From NCBI GenBank assembly GCA_021513715.1, contig CP084167.1, forward strand, positions 32,001-96,000: 64,000 bases of DNA, read 5' to 3'. Under the pieces are notes generated by a model. It was not told where the DNA came from. It worked only from the letters and a program-made list of their open reading frames with translations, and searched no databases. Both the position numbers and the translations under genes were made by a program. Below are positions 62,796 to 64,000 of this stretch, one piece after another; positions within the stretch are counted from its first letter, which is position 1, and each line of letters starts with the position of its first letter. Origin of the DNA: Candidatus Heimdallarchaeum endolithica (GTDB lineage: Archaea; Asgardarchaeota; Heimdallarchaeia; Heimdallarchaeales; Heimdallarchaeaceae).

Positions 62796-63767
62796 CTATA
62801 ATAACCAAGAAATATCATACGATTCTGTTTTTTTGTCTAATAATAAAAGAAGATTCTCTTGTTTTAGTTGTTCTACTTTATCTTTAATCACATCTTCACT
62901 GTAGCTCTCTAAATGATCAAATAGCTCTTCTAGAGTAATTCCGTTCTTTTTCCTATTTTTTATACAAATTATTAGTATCTTCTTTTTTAGCTCATCGTCC
63001 ATCGTTAGTATTTCTTGTAAACCATAGAAGGCAGGTAAAGTATTTGTTTCAATTATATGTGTTAGTTGTAAGGAAAAAAGTTTGATTGTTTCTTCATTCA
63101 AGTCCTCTTCAAAACTTAACCATGTAACATATCGTTCAATTAAAAGACTAGCTTTGTCTTGTACTGTAGAAAATTTTGTATAATTTACCTTGTCAAAAAG
63201 CAATAATAGGCAAGTTGGAACTAAACCAAAATCTCCTTGAAGATAGAAAATAATAGGTACAATCCAAAAGTCTAATTCTCTAAAATAATCACTTTTAAGA
63301 ACTATATAAGGCATGTTTTCTTTTTTTGTATATAATTTTTCAACACTTTTCATCGCTTTATCTTTAAGTTTTTTTAGTGAGGAAGAAGAAAAGTCTGATT
63401 TATCGAATAATATTAGTTTATCTTGATTTCTAATATATCCTAGAACGTTTACTGTAGGTAAAGCTTCTTTATTTTTTATTACGTCTCTGATTGTTATTGT
63501 AATTTCTTCAGGAAGTGTTTTTGTTGGAAATTGTTTTTTCAAAAACCCAAGAGTTATAGTTCTATTAGAACTTAATTGCTTTTTTAGATATTGAGGACCG
63601 GGTAAAAGATCATGTTCAACTGTACCTATTATTGTATCACCAGTTTCAATGAAACTCAAGTGAGAGGGAATAGAAACTCGATTAAAACTAATAACTGATA
63701 ATTTTAGAGTAATTGGTAATATTTTTGTCTCTTCACTTTCATTATTTGCTGGAGTTGGTTTGGTCAT
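62796..63767 (-). CDS. Hypothetical protein, possible uDENN/longin-like region plus C-terminal winged helix
   Basis: GTVEHDLLPGPQYL, and wHTH-like GITLEELFDHLESYSEDVIKDKVEQLKQENLL. Confidence 0.55.
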   Translation of the reverse strand: MTKPTPANNESEETKILPITLKLSVISFNRVSIPSHLSFIETGDTIIGTVEHDLLPGPQYLKKQLSSNRTITLGFLKKQFPTKTLPEEITITIRDVIKNKEALPTVNVLGYIRNQDKLILFDKSDFSSSSLKKLKDKAMKSVEKLYTKKENMPYIVLKSDYFRELDFWIVPIIFYLQGDFGLVPTCLLLLFDKVNYTKFSTVQDKASLLIERYVTWLSFEEDLNEETIKLFSLQLTHIIETNTLPAFYGLQEILTMDDELKKKILIICIKNRKKNGITLEELFDHLESYSEDVIKDKVEQLKQENLLLLLDKKTESYDISWLL

Positions 63768-63859
63768 TCTAATTACTTAGAGATTTTTTACATTATAAAC
63801 TTACTTAACTATTTTTCTCTACTTTTTATATCATTTGAAAAATTATTTTATTGGATGAG

Positions 63860-64000
63860 ATGGTTATAAATCAGCAAGTAAATAAAGAAACAACACAAAT
63901 TCAGAAAGAAGAATGGAATAGAGTAAAAGATCTTTTTCCTTTTCCAGAAATAAAAAAAGATCAACTTAGCTTTATTAACAGAGTACTAACTACAAAAAAC
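63860..64000 (+). CDS. N-terminus of a probable XPD/Rad3/DinG-like helicase (truncated by the window)
   Basis: MVINQQ...LFPFPEIKKDQLSFI resembles the FPF/Q-motif. Confidence 0.5.
   Translation, partial: MVINQQVNKETTQIQKEEWNRVKDLFPFPEIKKDQLSFINRVLTTKN

Overview
This is an AT-rich archaeal chromosome segment, most consistent with an Asgard (Heimdallarchaeia-like) genome. That placement is an inference from the archaeal housekeeping genes (prs, Trm11, RNase Z, ThpR, class I CCA enzyme, PolB, class III pilin) occurring with longin/roadblock-like, TPR-longin and LRR proteins. I saw no rRNA, tRNA or CRISPR array. The left 14.7 kb is accessory. It holds a DUF488 locus, a tightly coupled COMM-like/AbrB/PIN operon, a duplicated three-gene Cys-rich/helical/longin module, an LRR gene, an intact IS5(IS903-like) element and a decayed IS481. 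The stretch from 14.7 to 33.9 kb is mostly core genes. Three enzymes in the window have lost catalytic residues: a SufS-like protein (2.3-3.5 kb), the PolB exonuclease domain and the CCA enzyme. Positions 33935-39783 look like a non-autonomous cargo transposon: two IS left ends and a 7-bp direct repeat enclose a 1699-aa repeat surface protein. The 49.4-61.2 kb region encodes both halves of a GriC/GriD (EhpF/EhpG)-type carboxylate reductase, bracketing TPR proteins, a MinD/ParA ATPase, a possible short peptide ORF and a palindromic intergenic element. The best candidates for an undescribed system are the GriC/GriD-TPR locus, the COMM-AbrB-PIN operon, the IS-end cargo element and the duplicated longin module. 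All family calls come from reading motifs by eye; no database searches were run.
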